Shown: piece by piece, positions 49,156-60,330 of the stretch
Layout of the letters: each line of letters opens with the position of its first letter
Position numbering within the stretch: the first letter of the stretch is position 1
Origin: Eutreptiella sp. 'Long Island Sound 2002'
Lineage: Eukaryota; Protista; Euglenida
Reading direction: 5' to 3'
Length of the DNA stretch: 64,000 nucleotides
NCBI GenBank assembly: GCA_964036045.1
Contig: OZ038379.1
Location: 31,992,001-32,056,000, forward strand
The notes under the pieces: model-generated
What the model saw: only the letters and a program-made list of their open reading frames with translations
The model's database searches: none
Told to the model about the DNA's origin: nothing
Translations under genes and position numbers: made by a program

Positions 49156-49777
49156 TAAGACGGGGCGTCTTAGATTTGGAGGCGTCTTACATCCGTCTTA
49201 CATCCGTCTTACATCCATCTTACATCCGTCTTACATCCGTCTTACATCCGTCTTACATGTGTCTTACATCCGTCTTAGATTACGTAAGACGGGGCGTCTT
49301 AGAAAATCTAAGACGGGGCGTCTTAGAAAATGTAAGCCGGGGCGTCTTAGAAAATCTAAGACGGGGCGTCTTAGATAATCTAAGACGGGGCGTCATAGAA
49401 AATCTAAGACGGGGCGTCTTAGATTTGGAGGCGTCTTACATCCGTCTTACATCCGTCTTACATCCGTCTTACATCCGTCTTACATCCGTCTTACATCCGT
49501 CTTACATCCGTCTTACATGCGTCTTACATCCGTCTTAGATTACGTAAGACGGGGCGTCTTAGAAAATCTAAGACGGGGCGTCTTAGAAAATGTAAGCCGG
49601 GGCGTCTTAGAAAATGTAAGCCGGGGCGTCTTAGAAAATCTAAGACGGGGCGTCTTAGATAATCTAAGACGGGGCGTCATAGAAAATCTAAGACGGGGCG
49701 TCTTAGATTATCTAAGACGGGGCGTCTTAGATTATCTAAGACGGGGCCTCTTACATTGATAAGAACAGGGTGTCTTA
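49156..49777. repeat. Palindromic 24-bp / 11-bp composite array built on CGTCTTA
   Basis: 16 TAAGACG-GGG-CGTCTTA hairpins separated by 7-bp GA...TC-type spacers, and 17 CATCCGTCTTA 11-mers, arranged as two higher-order blocks. Confidence 0.97.
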
Positions 49778-49885
49778 GAGTAAGTACAGGTGCAGTTTTG
49801 TTCATTCAAAAAGCTATGGGATTGAACAAGATCAGGACATAATACAAATGTAGGAAACAAACCACAAACTACCGAACACCCTACC

Positions 49886-50852
49886 TGCGCCGGGTGAACG
49901 CTGCCAGCGGACCGTTTGGCCCTTCGCGTCTACAACATGCCCACGGTGTCTACAATTAGCAGGCCGCGTCTACTTGGGGCAGACAGTGTCTACAGACCAC
50001 AGAACACCATGCCCGTGTGTGCGGGTGAACGCTGCCAGCGGACCGTTTGGTGGGGAAGGGGGCCTTCGGCCCCCTTCCTAAATATTGGCACTTTGCATCT
50101 ACAACATGCCCACGGTGTCTACAATTAGCAGGCCGCGCCTACTTGGGGCAGACAGTGTCTACAGACTGCAGAACACCATGCCCGTGTGCGCGGGTGAACG
50201 CTGCCACCGGCCCGTTTGGTGGGGAAGGGGGCCTTCGGCCCCCTTCCCAAATATTGGCACTTCGCGTCTACAACATGCCCACGGTGTCTACAATTAGCAT
50301 GCCGCGTCTACTTGGGGCAGACAGTGTCTACAGACCACATAACACCATGCCCGTGTGCGCGGGTGAACGCTGCCAACGGGCCGTTAGGTGGGGAGGGGGG
50401 CCTTCGGCCCCCATCCCTAATATTGGCACTTCGCGTCTACAACATGCCCACGGTGTCTACAATTAGCAGGCCGCGTCTACTTGGGGCAGGCAGTGTCTAC
50501 AGACCACAGAACACCATGCCCGTGTGCGCGGGTGAACGCGGCCAGCGGACCGTTTGGTGGGGAGGGGGGCCTTCGGCCCCCTTCCCTAATATTGGCACTT
50601 CGCGTCTACAACATGCCCACGGTGTCTACAATTAGCAGGCCGCGTCTACTTGGGGCAGACAGTGTCTACAGACCACAGAACACCATGCCCGTGTGCGCGG
50701 GTGAACGCTGCCACCGGCCCGTTTGGTGGGGAAGGGGGCCTTCGGCCCCCTTCCCAAATATTGGCACTTCGCGTCTACAACATGCCCACGGTGTCTACAA
50801 TTAGCAGGCCGCGTCTACTTGGGGCAGACACTTGGGGCAGACAGTGTCTACA
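49886..50852. repeat. 169-bp tandem repeat (about 5.6 units), each full unit with a 12-bp GC hairpin and four GTCTAC motifs
   Basis: Unit starts at 50021, 50190, 50359, 50528, 50697; hairpin GGGAAGGGGGCC-TTC-GGCCCCCTTCCC (e.g. 50222-48). Confidence 0.97.
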
Positions 50853-51100
50853 AACTGTAGATGGGATGCCCCCCAAAACACACTCAATACCCAAATAGGG
50901 TGGAAAACACCTAAATGCTGCTCAAAACATGCTTTACACAGCTTGGATGGTCATTGTGAGTGGCCGGGATATCAAAAAAATCGCTTTCGGAAATTTCGTT
51001 TTTTCACCTATACAGGGTGAGAAACTAGATAAGCAGGTTGTGTACCAGTCCCTTGGGAGCCCCCCCCCCCCCCGACCCCACCCAATACAATTGCAGGTGG

Positions 51101-51612
51101 GTGTTGTTGTTTGATTCTGCACCCATTTGGCAACAAATCATTTGGGAGTAAGAACGAAGCAGTTTGGGCATAGATGCATATGGCACTGAAGCATCGTCTC
51201 CCTTATGGTGGTAGTAGCAGCCATACTCTGAGTATGTCCCGTGGTACCATCCGATTTCAAGGGTTAAGCCTCGTTTGCCCTGTGGGGTACTGAGGTGGGA
51301 GACCCCCTGGCCCAAATGTTGCAGCTGGGTGTTGTTGTTTAATTCTGCACCCATTTTGCAGGGAGTAACAACCAAGCAGTTTGGGCATAGATGCATATGG
51401 CACTGAAGCATCGTCTCCCTTACAGTGGCAGTAGCAGTTGTACTCTGAGTATGTCCCATGGTACCATCCAATTCAGATGTTAAGCCTCATTAGCCCTCTA
51501 GGGTACTGAGGTGGGAGACCCCCAGGCCTAATTATTGGCGCTAGGTGTTGTTGTTTAATTCTGCACCCATTTTGCAACAAATCATTTTGGAGTAACAACG
51601 GAGCACTTTGGG
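51101..51612. repeat. ~220-bp tandem duplication (2.3 units)
   Basis: GTGTTGTTGTTT.ATTCTGCACCCATTT at 51101, 51329 and 51545. Confidence 0.85.
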
Positions 51613-51729
51613 CATTGTCCCTAATGTGTGAGACACAAAAAGGCAGCAAAGCACCACTGACGAACAGAAGTCCGGTCCATGCCAAATGTTCAGCCATTGC
51701 TTCGGGGTTGCCAAGTTGGCATGGTTCAT

Positions 51730-54700
51730 TTACCGCCGCCTCCGAGGTGGTGGCTTAGGCACTGAACTTTGGTCAAATGCCACGGAGTACAAGCAATCTG
51801 CAGAGCAAGGTGCATCCCACGCCTCCACCGTAATGTTGTTCTGAACAAGAATAGCAGGGGCAGGGCAGGGCGCAGGCAGCATGAGACATGCGCATGATCT
51901 GGCCCTGGCACCCACAATCACAAGCAGTACCAAATGTGCCTGGTGGAGATGGACAAGCATGGCCTTGAATTGTGACATGGAGGGGGGGTGCTTCCTATTT
52001 GCAAATAGGGTGGACCATAGTCTGCGCACAGAAAAAAGTTGTTTCCCTTTCACCTTCTGCAGCAATTGGAGCATGTTGGGCTTACTGTGTACTTCCTGCA
52101 TGCCAAAGGGTGGGGCCAAGAGGGCCTGAAATGCTTGAGGCTCGGCCGCGTAGTCCCATACACCGGATTGTAGAGGAATAGGCTGCTGTGTTCGCGTGAA
52201 ATGACCCCGGTCCACATCTCCAAGCAGAGTGTAGTTATGTACAAAAGAAATCGCATCGGGGCCTGCAGCAGCCTGAACAACAGTGCCAGGGCGTGAACTG
52301 GAACTCTTGTAAACCTTGGCTTTTTTGCCACGTGCACGGACCACTCTCGGGGCCCCATCAGAAGCGTTACCAGTGGAGGGGTCGTCAGGGCTGATGTCAA
52401 AACGAGAAGGGGACACGTGGGGAGAGGATGCTGGGCTACGTGCATAAGGATGTGCAGAGGGGGATGCAGACGTGCGCCGGTCGGTGAAAAAGGGTTTGCG
52501 CATCACACGTGCTGAACTAAGTGTGTGCAGGGAAGGAGGGACATTGACATCAGGCTCAATCTTGAAATGCCGAAGGACCTCTGGGTCCGTGTCCTCCATT
52601 GCAGCTATCGAAGCATCATCCTCGCCAAAAGAAATGTCATCCAATGATGCATGGGGATACAACCTTGGGCTGCGTGCATAGGGATCAACAAGGGGGGATG
52701 TAGACACGTCCTGTGCAGTGGAAAAGGGGTCCTGCGGCACGTCAGCGGAAGCACCTGTGCCCAGGGAAGGAGGGACATTGTCACCAGGCTCAGTCTTCAC
52801 CACTCCTAGGACTGCAGGGTCTTGCACTGGGGTGTCAAAATTTCATCATCACTACTGACAGAAATGGTCTCCATGGGCACAGAGGTGGGATTCACCACAG
52901 GTGCAGCAGATGGTGCAGTAGCACTGGATGTAGTCACTGCAGGGCTACCAAATGTTGCAGTTGTGCAAACGGTAGATGCAGCAGATGCGGCAGGTGTCCG
53001 CGCCACGGTACTGGAAGTACTACGCGCAGCACCATGGGTATACGGATTGAGGGCTGGCACATTCCTCACTCTGTCCCTATGGGCAAAAGCGGAGAAGGGA
53101 TTAAAGGGGACATAAGACGGGTCTGCAGCCCACGTAGCTCGAAGGTGGTACAATTTGGCCAGGCGGGCCACAAAAGTGCAAAATTGGCCAGAGCCTGCAA
53201 GTGGTGCAACATCTACGACCCACGACGTTGGGTCTTCATCATCATTTACTCCTTCGACTGGTTGCAAACCTCCCAACGCGGTTATAGCAGATGCCTTATG
53301 GCCACCAATGATGTACCTGTTGCGGCCCTCCAAGCAGTTGGCAATGTAAAAATCAAAAGTGTCCGCGTCCCTGGGGTTAGCAGCAAACCTATAGCGACCT
53401 TTCGTACTGTTGATTTGTTCAGCCGCTGAGCTGTTCACGCGCGACAACTCTGGGAATTGCGACATCCCGTACCCTTGACATTTATGCACGGTACCATGAA
53501 ATCGGTCCAACGCGCACTGCACATCAGAAAGCACGTTGTATTTGGCAGATGTTTGCGAAAGCCTGCATGCATAATCAAACAAAATCCAATCAAAAGAAAT
53601 TCCACCTGTTCTGTGGCGGGTCGAGATAGACCAGGAATTGTACAAAATTTGGTGGGACCCCTCAGCTCCCACCATCTCGTCAAAATGCACGACAACTGTA
53701 CAAGGGCGAGACACTGTCATCAAACCATTGGTGAACCCAGTGAAAACGACAACCTTCTTTTTGCATCCTTGACCAGAAACGGACCACACTGTCTTGCGGC
53801 GCATTTTTTGCTTTGCACCCACTTGGTGACCACCCTTTCCCCGCCCCTGTTCTGCAGCCGTCTGTGGTGGCTGTTGCCGTGACTGTTGCGTTGTTGTTGC
53901 GCTTGGAGTGCAGGTGGCACCTGTAGCATGAGAAAGAGCAATTTCATGGAGCATAGATGTGCATTCTATGTCCAATGTGGGCCGTGGACTCCGTGACACA
54001 GCAGTTTCCTCCTCCTGTGCAGTACTATAGGCATCTGTAGTTTCATGCTCAGAGTCCCCTGATGAAGCCTCTGGCAATGCCTCCATGACATCACTGCCAA
54101 CATCACCTCCAAGCACCTGTGTGTACACCACGTGCCCAGGGGTGGAATGTTCTTTACAGAAGCACGTACCAGGCACGGGTGCTTTGCTACACTGTGCTTG
54201 TACGTGCAGGCCAGTTGTCGGGTCACGCTTATTCTGCAGAATACCGTACATGCAAACCCGTCTGCACACCTTTGAAATGCAATCCACGACGACACACCTA
54301 TTATATACCTCTGCTGCATGTCGTTTTATGTCTGGGCGTACCCTTGGCATACCGCGAATGTGATTGAGATGAGCGGGCTCACATGCAGAGCACTGATGAT
54401 GTTTACTGGGCAAGCCATTGAGACGAAGGAACCCTGTCACCTCTGAGACAACAGTGTGTAAATCTGGGCACCTAAAAAGGGCCTGCCCTCGCGCCTCGCG
54501 GTAGTACCGCATGCACCAATCCAAGAAAACAACCTCTTGGAGTTTGGTGCGCGGTACTTCCTTGACACCACCCTCTGCCTGGAAGCTTGAAAACTGCAAT
54601 ACTATGCGCTGCTGTAACTCATGGACATATGGGCGGCCAAACACATTGCGTGCCAGTACAATGTGATCTCTCGGAAGTGACAACCTCTACACCTCCTCGT

Positions 54701-55086
54701 CCTCACCCTCACCCACTGGTACTGTATCGTAGCCGTACAATGCCAGACATCGGTGGCAGCGCATCGAAATTAGAGCTATGGGATGCCGTGTGACTGACTC
54801 TTCAGTGTACCTTATCCTCCCATATTGCTGCAGCACTTCGCCACGGCACTTGACACAGTGCGAGGTCCATGGGAGGAGGTACTTCGGCGGTGCGGCCTCA
54901 TCAACGGTGCACTCGTGGCCCACTGTCTGGTATGTTGGACTGAGGAACGCCAGACACGGATCAGCATGTCCAACACCAACTGTCGTGCTGTACGCTTGTC
55001 TGTCGGTAGAGAACCTGTGACAAGTGTTCCCTGACAGTGCAAAGAACAGTGCGCATGTGCACAACTCTCTGACACAGTAGCCCCAC
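51730..55086 (-). mobile_element. KDZ (Kyakuja-Dileera-Zisupton) transposase pseudogene with CxC5/CxC6-like Cys clusters and a long C-terminal extension
   Basis: FDYACRL (YDxAC), LDRFHGTVHKC (DxFHxxxHxC), NSSAAEQINS, EMVGAEG; upstream CVKC...RCHRC...VF...SSFQAE (CxC5-like) and CSKAPVPGTCFCKEH (CxC6-like). ORFs 54687-55103 and 52806-54683 share a frame split by one TAG; 51730-52827 follows a 1-nt shift at GGGG 52829-32. Confidence 0.85.
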
Positions 55087-55091
55087 AACCC

Positions 55092-55226
55092 GAAGTTTTC
55101 CATAAAAAACTGAAGTTTTGGGAGGGGGGGGGTGCAGTGGCTGAGGCTGAGACTGAGGCAGACCCCCCCCCCCCCTGTACTGTACAGCTGATGTTATTTT
55201 GCTGAGTGTACCTTCTGGGGACTACT
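55092..55226 (+). repeat. Split direct repeat A1 (matches A2 59809-59940)
   Basis: GAAGTTTTCCATAAAAA...GCTGAGTGTACCTTCTGGGGACTACT present at both positions. Confidence 0.95.
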
Positions 55227-55229
55227 AAA

Positions 55230-56280
55230 ATGCCAGATGGTACCTCAAATGGATCAGCGGAGGCGGCCAGTGGGGAAAGCCGGGGGGCGAAGCGGGCCAG
55301 GCTGGCCTTCAATCGGGACGACATGGACCTGGACCCCGTCAAGACCCCCGAGTACGCGCGCTGGGAGAGGTGGCGCGACGTTGCTGCGGCCACCGCGTAC
55401 GGGTTCCTCGACAGCGCGGACGCTGGCATCATGGCCGCCCAGTACCAGGAGCGCCTGATGGAGGATGGCCTGTCCGTGGCGGGCGTTGATCGGGCTGTGG
55501 AGTGGGCTGGCGGCGGCCTTGACGCCCCAACGGCCCTGATATACATGGCCCTCTTTGAGCGCTCCTCAAACATGCGGCTTGACGTCGAAGCAGCTGCGTG
55601 GAAGGCAGTACCCCAACCCAGTGTGCCTGCCCGGGAGCAGCAGGAGGAGGCGTCGCGGGACCATCAGTCGCAGGAGCCGCAGGAGCCGAAGGAGACCGCG
55701 GAGCAGGCGGAGATACGACGGCTGGAGGCTCGCATCCGAGAGCTCCAGCTGCCAAAGGTACCACCCCTGTCTGAGGGAGAGCTCACCAAAATAGCTTCTG
55801 GACAGCACCCCTGGCTCTGGCAGCAGGAGCTCATCTAGGCCTTGAGGCGGTGTGGAAGGTGGTCTATAGGGACTGCCAGCCCGCGCCCACCCACTCCGCT
55901 GGGGCAGCGGCACGGCCAGCGCCGCAGGGATGGTACGCCCAGGCCCAGCAGCCTGCACCACAACAGGCCCAGACGCAGCCGTCACCCTAGGCGCAGACCC
56001 CGGCTCCTGCTCCCCCCGGGGCATCCTTCCGCTGTGGCATGCACGGGCACTCCGCCAGGGACTGTGCCAGTGGTGGGCAGGGGCGGGCCCCTTCCGTCGC
56101 AAGTTCCGTCGCCGGCTCGTACCGGGGGGGGTTCAGTACGTAGGTAGCCAGAGCCTGTACACTGCGCACAGCACGGGCCGCACCTATGACGCGACTGCCC
56201 CCCCCCCCCCCGTACCCATGTTTTCGATGTGGCCGCAACCACTGGGCCGTGGGCGGCCCGTGCCCGGCACCACCTGCCCC
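55230..56280 (+). pseudogene. gag-like ORF1 of the YR element, with Zn knuckles
   Basis: ATG 4 nt after A1 (MPDGTSNG...). After a frameshift near 55836 come SFRCGMHGHSARDC (degenerate CCHC) and CFRCGRNHWAVGGPC; interrupted by stops. Confidence 0.7.
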
Positions 56281-56439
56281 GCCCCCCCCAGCCCTTTCCG
56301 GCCGGGCCGGCCCGAGCGCCGGCGAACTGCTGAAGGGCCCAGTGCCCACGGCGGCGAGCGGCCCGCCAACGAGGGGAGCACCGATGACGAGGGGGGCGGA
56401 GCGCTCAACCTACGATACGCGGGGTCGGCAGTGGACAGC

Positions 56440-57270
56440 CTATGGTGGGGCAATTACATGGAGGAGCCCCTCACGCTGGCCATCCGACGGTGGTCCCCGG
56501 GTACCGTGGAGCGTTGGACCGCGATCCTCAGGGATGTGGGCCGGTTCGCGGCGCACTGGCCCGAGCTGGACGCAGCGGGGGCACTGTCCCGGTACCTCGT
56601 CAGGCGCGCCGCCATGGGCCAGCAGCCTGGAACGCTGCGAGGCGTCATATCCGCCCTCCGCCTGGCAGAGAAGCAGGGCTGCATACCACCCACAGTGCGG
56701 CCCGTACACTGGCTCATGGCACGAGGCGCCGCGACCACCACTGCCGCACCACGACCAACCCAAGTGTGGGCCGAGCTGGTCACCCTCCGGCTCATGGCCC
56801 GGAACATCAGGACCACCCTCGACTGGTTCTGCCTGGGCCTTGCCGTCATCTCCTTTGCCGCTCTCCTCAGGGTGGGTGAAGCAGCCAGCGTAAGATCGGT
56901 GGACATCCGGACGCGGTGCACGTTGGGGTTCTTCGATGACAAAAGGGACGACGACTGGGTCACAGTACGACTGGGGGCATGGCCCGATGCATGGCGCGCA
57001 GCGATGGCAGCCCACCCGTGGGTCTCCAGCAGGCCCGCATCGGTGCCGCTCATGGCTGCCGCGTTCGACCTTCAGGCGGCGATCCATGGCTTGCTGGCTG
57101 CCACGGGATGGGAATCCATGGCATGGCACGCCTGGAGACGTGGAGGAGCTGCGGCCATGCGGGCGTTCGGAGCCGCCATCGCCAGCATCGCGGTGGCTGG
57201 GCGATGGGACAACGAGGCGGACGCCAACAGGTACGCCAGCGCGCCCCCTGGGTGGGAGTTCTTCCTGCCC
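56440..57270 (+). CDS. Tyrosine recombinase of the YR retrotransposon (within ORF 55930-57894)
   Basis: Full catalytic set: LLRVGE (R), DDKRD (K), HAWRRGG (HxxR), GRW (W), NRYA (Y). Confidence 0.92.
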
Positions 57271-58160
57271 GACAACGTGCCCTGGCCCACGGCGGGATTT
57301 GGCGTCGAAATCGGGCCGGTGCACGCGTACCAGCTCTGGGCGCTCGGCACGCTTGGGCCCCGTGGCCCCGACGGGACGGACGCCGCCCCGGCCCCACCCG
57401 ATGTCCGTCCTGGCAACCGTGGCAGCCAAGGGGCCGACCTGCGTGGCGATTCCGACATGCAGGACACCATCGTACTGGGCTCCTCTAGTGACGAGTCGCC
57501 CGACACGGTGGCACGCAGGGCCGCTCGGCACCCCCGCGAAAGCCAGCGCTGGGCCTGTGTGCACCGAACCGTGGCCCGCGGCCGATCGGCACCCGGAGCG
57601 CGGGCGACGAGGGCTGCACCCGCCCCGAAGCCCCAGCCCAAGCACGCCGCTGGTGGAGCAGCCGACCGCCAACCCGCAGCGGCCCCCCGTTCCACGACGG
57701 TGCCCCGGGTCACGCCGGCCCGAGCCAGCACCAGAGGCACCCAAGCACCCGGAGGGGCGCCGGCGAGACGGCGCAGCGGGGCGGCTGGAGATGCAGCTGG
57801 CGGTTGCCCGGTGCGCCAGGTGCGGCCTCCACTGGAACGACCACCTGGAGGTAGCAGCGCGCCACATGGGGCGCAGCCTGAAGGCCCCCGCTGACAGTGT
57901 CCTGTCCCTCCTGCAGGCGTGGTGGGCGGAGTCTATCAAGAGGGCTGTGGATCGCCCAGTGTGGAAGGAGCGGGCGGCGGCCGCAGACCTGGCGCTGGCT
58001 GAGGAGGCGCTGCACCTCCTGGCGGGGGGTGAGATCCCGCTCGATGGGGGATCCTCGACGCGCCTCAACGACCAGTCGGGCGTCACTGTGGAGCTCGCGG
58101 CGCGTGGGCTGGGCGACGCGGGCCGTGTGACGGTCCCGGCGCACGTGTGGGAGGACTGGG

Positions 58161-59037
58161 TTGACCCCGAGTTTGGCAGGGCGGGGTGGCGTGTCCATCC
58201 CCCCCCCCCCCTCCCGCTGCCCACGAGTGGCGGCCCTCCTGTCCACCCTAGCGTCCCAGGGCCTGGTCAGCGTGGTGGGGGGGGATGCAAACGCGGAGGT
58301 GTTCGTCAAGTGGAAATCGGAGCGCAAATGCGCCCTCATTGTGAACATGAAGATGTTCAACAAGGGGTGCAAATACAAGGCACGCCCATTTAAGCTCCCG
58401 TCGCTGGAGGGCTTGGCGGTCCTCCTCAGGGATCTAGGGAAAAGGGGGGGCGGGGCCGGGGGGGGGGCCTGTGGGGCACCAAACTGGACATAGCAAACTG
58501 CTATTGCAGTGTGGAGCTCCCCCCCCCCCCCTGGCGAGCACCATCCGGGTGGCAGCCCAGGGGTGCACGTTCGCTTTTCTGCGGGTGCCTTTTGGCTTGC
58601 ATGAGGCGCCTGGGCTGGTCCAGGCCCTCATTTCGGACCTGCTGAGGGATCTGGGGAGGGGGGGGGTGGTGGTGGTACAGTACCTAGATGATATCCTTTT
58701 TGTCGGACATGACCCGGGGGAAGTGGCCGCGGTCACCGACAGCGCGGCCCACCTCCTCCGACGTGCGGGCTTCATCATTAGTGAGAAGTCCGTGTTCACA
58801 CCACAGCGCTCCTTGCGGTGGATGGGCAAGGATGTAGATCTGCGTGGGCGCAGGGTGGCACCGGCGGCTTCGGCGGTGGCAGCAGTGGTGGCGGCATGGG
58901 TAAGGCTGGCATCTAAGCCATACACCTATGTCGCCCTGAGGCGGCTACTGGGGAAGCTCGGATGGTTGGGGCGGCCAGGGAACCTGGGGGGGTGCTTTCT
59001 GGCAGGTGCCCGGTCCTGGCTGCGCTGGGGCCCGCGC
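58161..59037 (+). pseudogene. Reverse transcriptase of the YR element (frameshifted at G/C homopolymers)
   Basis: CALIVNMKMFN, PFKLPSL, KLDIANCY, VPFGLHEAP, QYLDDILF, EKS, WMGKDVD. Confidence 0.92.
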
Positions 59038-59040
59038 TAG

Positions 59041-59560
59041 GCCTGGCGCACACCGCCGGCAGTGGTGCGCGGGCTCTGCGAGGCCATGGCCCAGTGTTAC
59101 TGGGGCTGGGAGCCAGACACCACGAGCGCAGGTCCGGCAGTGCGCGTCTTTGTGGACGCCGCCAGGTATGCCCTGACCACAGGAGCTAACCCCTCCTACT
59201 GCGTCGGCTCTTGGGGGCCGGGGGGGGCAGGTCTGGCGCTATGTCCAGCGTGGGTGACAACCCAACAAGCGGCTGAGCTTTGGGGGACGCTGGTGGCGCT
59301 GGACGATGCGCACGCGCGGCGAGCGCGGCGCCTCGTGCTCGTGGGGGACAACATGGGGGCGCTGGCCCAGCTGCTTTGGGGGAGGGCGGGGGCAGGCAGG
59401 GTCGAGCAGCAGCGCATCCTACGAAGGATTGCGCACCGTCTCCGCTGGACGGGGCTGCAGGTGACCCTCTGCTGGGTGCAGTCCGAGCTCAACCCAGCGG
59501 ACTCAATCAGTAGAGCGTGGGACGGGAGGGGGGGCAGAGCAGCGGTGATCGAGGCGGCTG
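59041..59560 (+). pseudogene. RNase H of the YR element (same frame as the RT, after one TAG at 59038-40)
   Basis: VFVDAA, AAELWG, VGDN, NPADSISR: all four catalytic acidic residues present. Confidence 0.9.
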
Positions 59561-59692
59561 CCAAGGAGCGCCTGTGGGTCCATTCGCCACAGTGGGCAGC
59601 GTGGGGAGCGATTGCGGACCGCGACAAGGCGGTCTGCCCGTGCACAGTCCCCCTCCCTGCCTGGATGGGTGGGTGGCAATCAAAAATTTTTA

Positions 59693-60121
59693 CCCAAGGG
59701 GCCTGCAAATATTGTGGTTGACTGTGGTACAGGAGTCCTGGAGTGCAGTGCAGGAGGGTGCAGGGCAGTGCAGGGCGGTGCAGGGCAGGGCGTGCACATG
59801 CCAAAACCGAAGTTTTCCATAAAAACTGAGGTTTTGGGGGGGGGGGGGTGCATTCGCTGAGGCTGAGACTGAGGCAGACCCCCCCCCCCTGTACTGTACA
59901 GCTGATGTTATTTTGCTGAGTGTACCTTCTGGGGACTACTCGCCCGGGAGGGTTGGACAATGCACTATGTGGCGCTATAAGCGCGGCCGTGGCCATCATC
60001 GTGCCCCCAAGGGGCCTGCAAATACTGTGGTTGACTGTGGTATAGGAGTCCTGGAGTGCAGTGCAGGAGGGTGCAGGGCAGTGCAGGGCGGTGCAGGGCA
60101 GGGCGTGCACATGCCAAAACC
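59693..60121 (+). repeat. 3' split direct repeats B1-A2-spacer-B2
   Basis: B1 59693-59808 and B2 60006-60121 are both 116 bp (CCCAAGGGGCCTGCAAATA...CACATGCCAAAACC). Confidence 0.95.
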
Positions 60122-60122
60122 C

Positions 60123-60330
60123 ACACTATTCCATTGCCCTACAGCGCCGCATACCCATACATGAGCAACTTTCTGGATAGGTGGTGCATTTCCTGGATCT
60201 CAAAGGATCATCGCTGTTAGTTACAAGCCTTGGGATAAATGTTGTTAACCCCTGTTGCATGAATGCTGTCCATTCTTGGTTGCCTTTAGATATTTGCAAC
60301 TGATTCCTAAGGGCAGAGTTCCTGTTAAGG
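60123..60330 (-). pseudogene. Upstream continuation of the KDZ ORF beyond the YR insertion
   Basis: With the YR element removed, ...QLQISKGNQEWTAFMQQGLTTFIPRL...KCTTYPESCSCMGMRRCRAME*CG joins in frame to LWGYCVRELCTC. Confidence 0.65.

Larger units (their letters stand above)
55092..60122 (+). mobile_element. Full-length tyrosine-recombinase (DIRS-order) retrotransposon, VIPER/TATE-like, with split direct repeats
   Basis: A1 55092-55226, gag, YR, RT, RH, B1 59693-59808, A2 59809-59940, 65-bp spacer, B2 60006-60121; AACCC core at both junctions; no TSD. Confidence 0.93.

Noticed and set aside
49156-50852. CRISPR-like or guide-RNA array
   Set aside because: Palindromic repeats are present, but the spacers are 7-bp near-identical sequences and the 169-bp units have no unique spacer; no cas-like gene nearby.
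56440-58224. 594-aa minus-strand ORF and other long antisense ORFs over the YR element and the LINE
   Set aside because: Shadow ORFs of GC-rich coding sequence; low-complexity Arg/Gly/Pro composition with no motifs.
32776-60135. TAG reassignment or readthrough suggested by isolated in-frame TAGs (32776, 54687, 59038, about 60128)
   Set aside because: CAG/TGG to TAG are common single transitions in decaying elements; at 32776 the paralogues have CAG, and the host exons contain no in-frame TAG.
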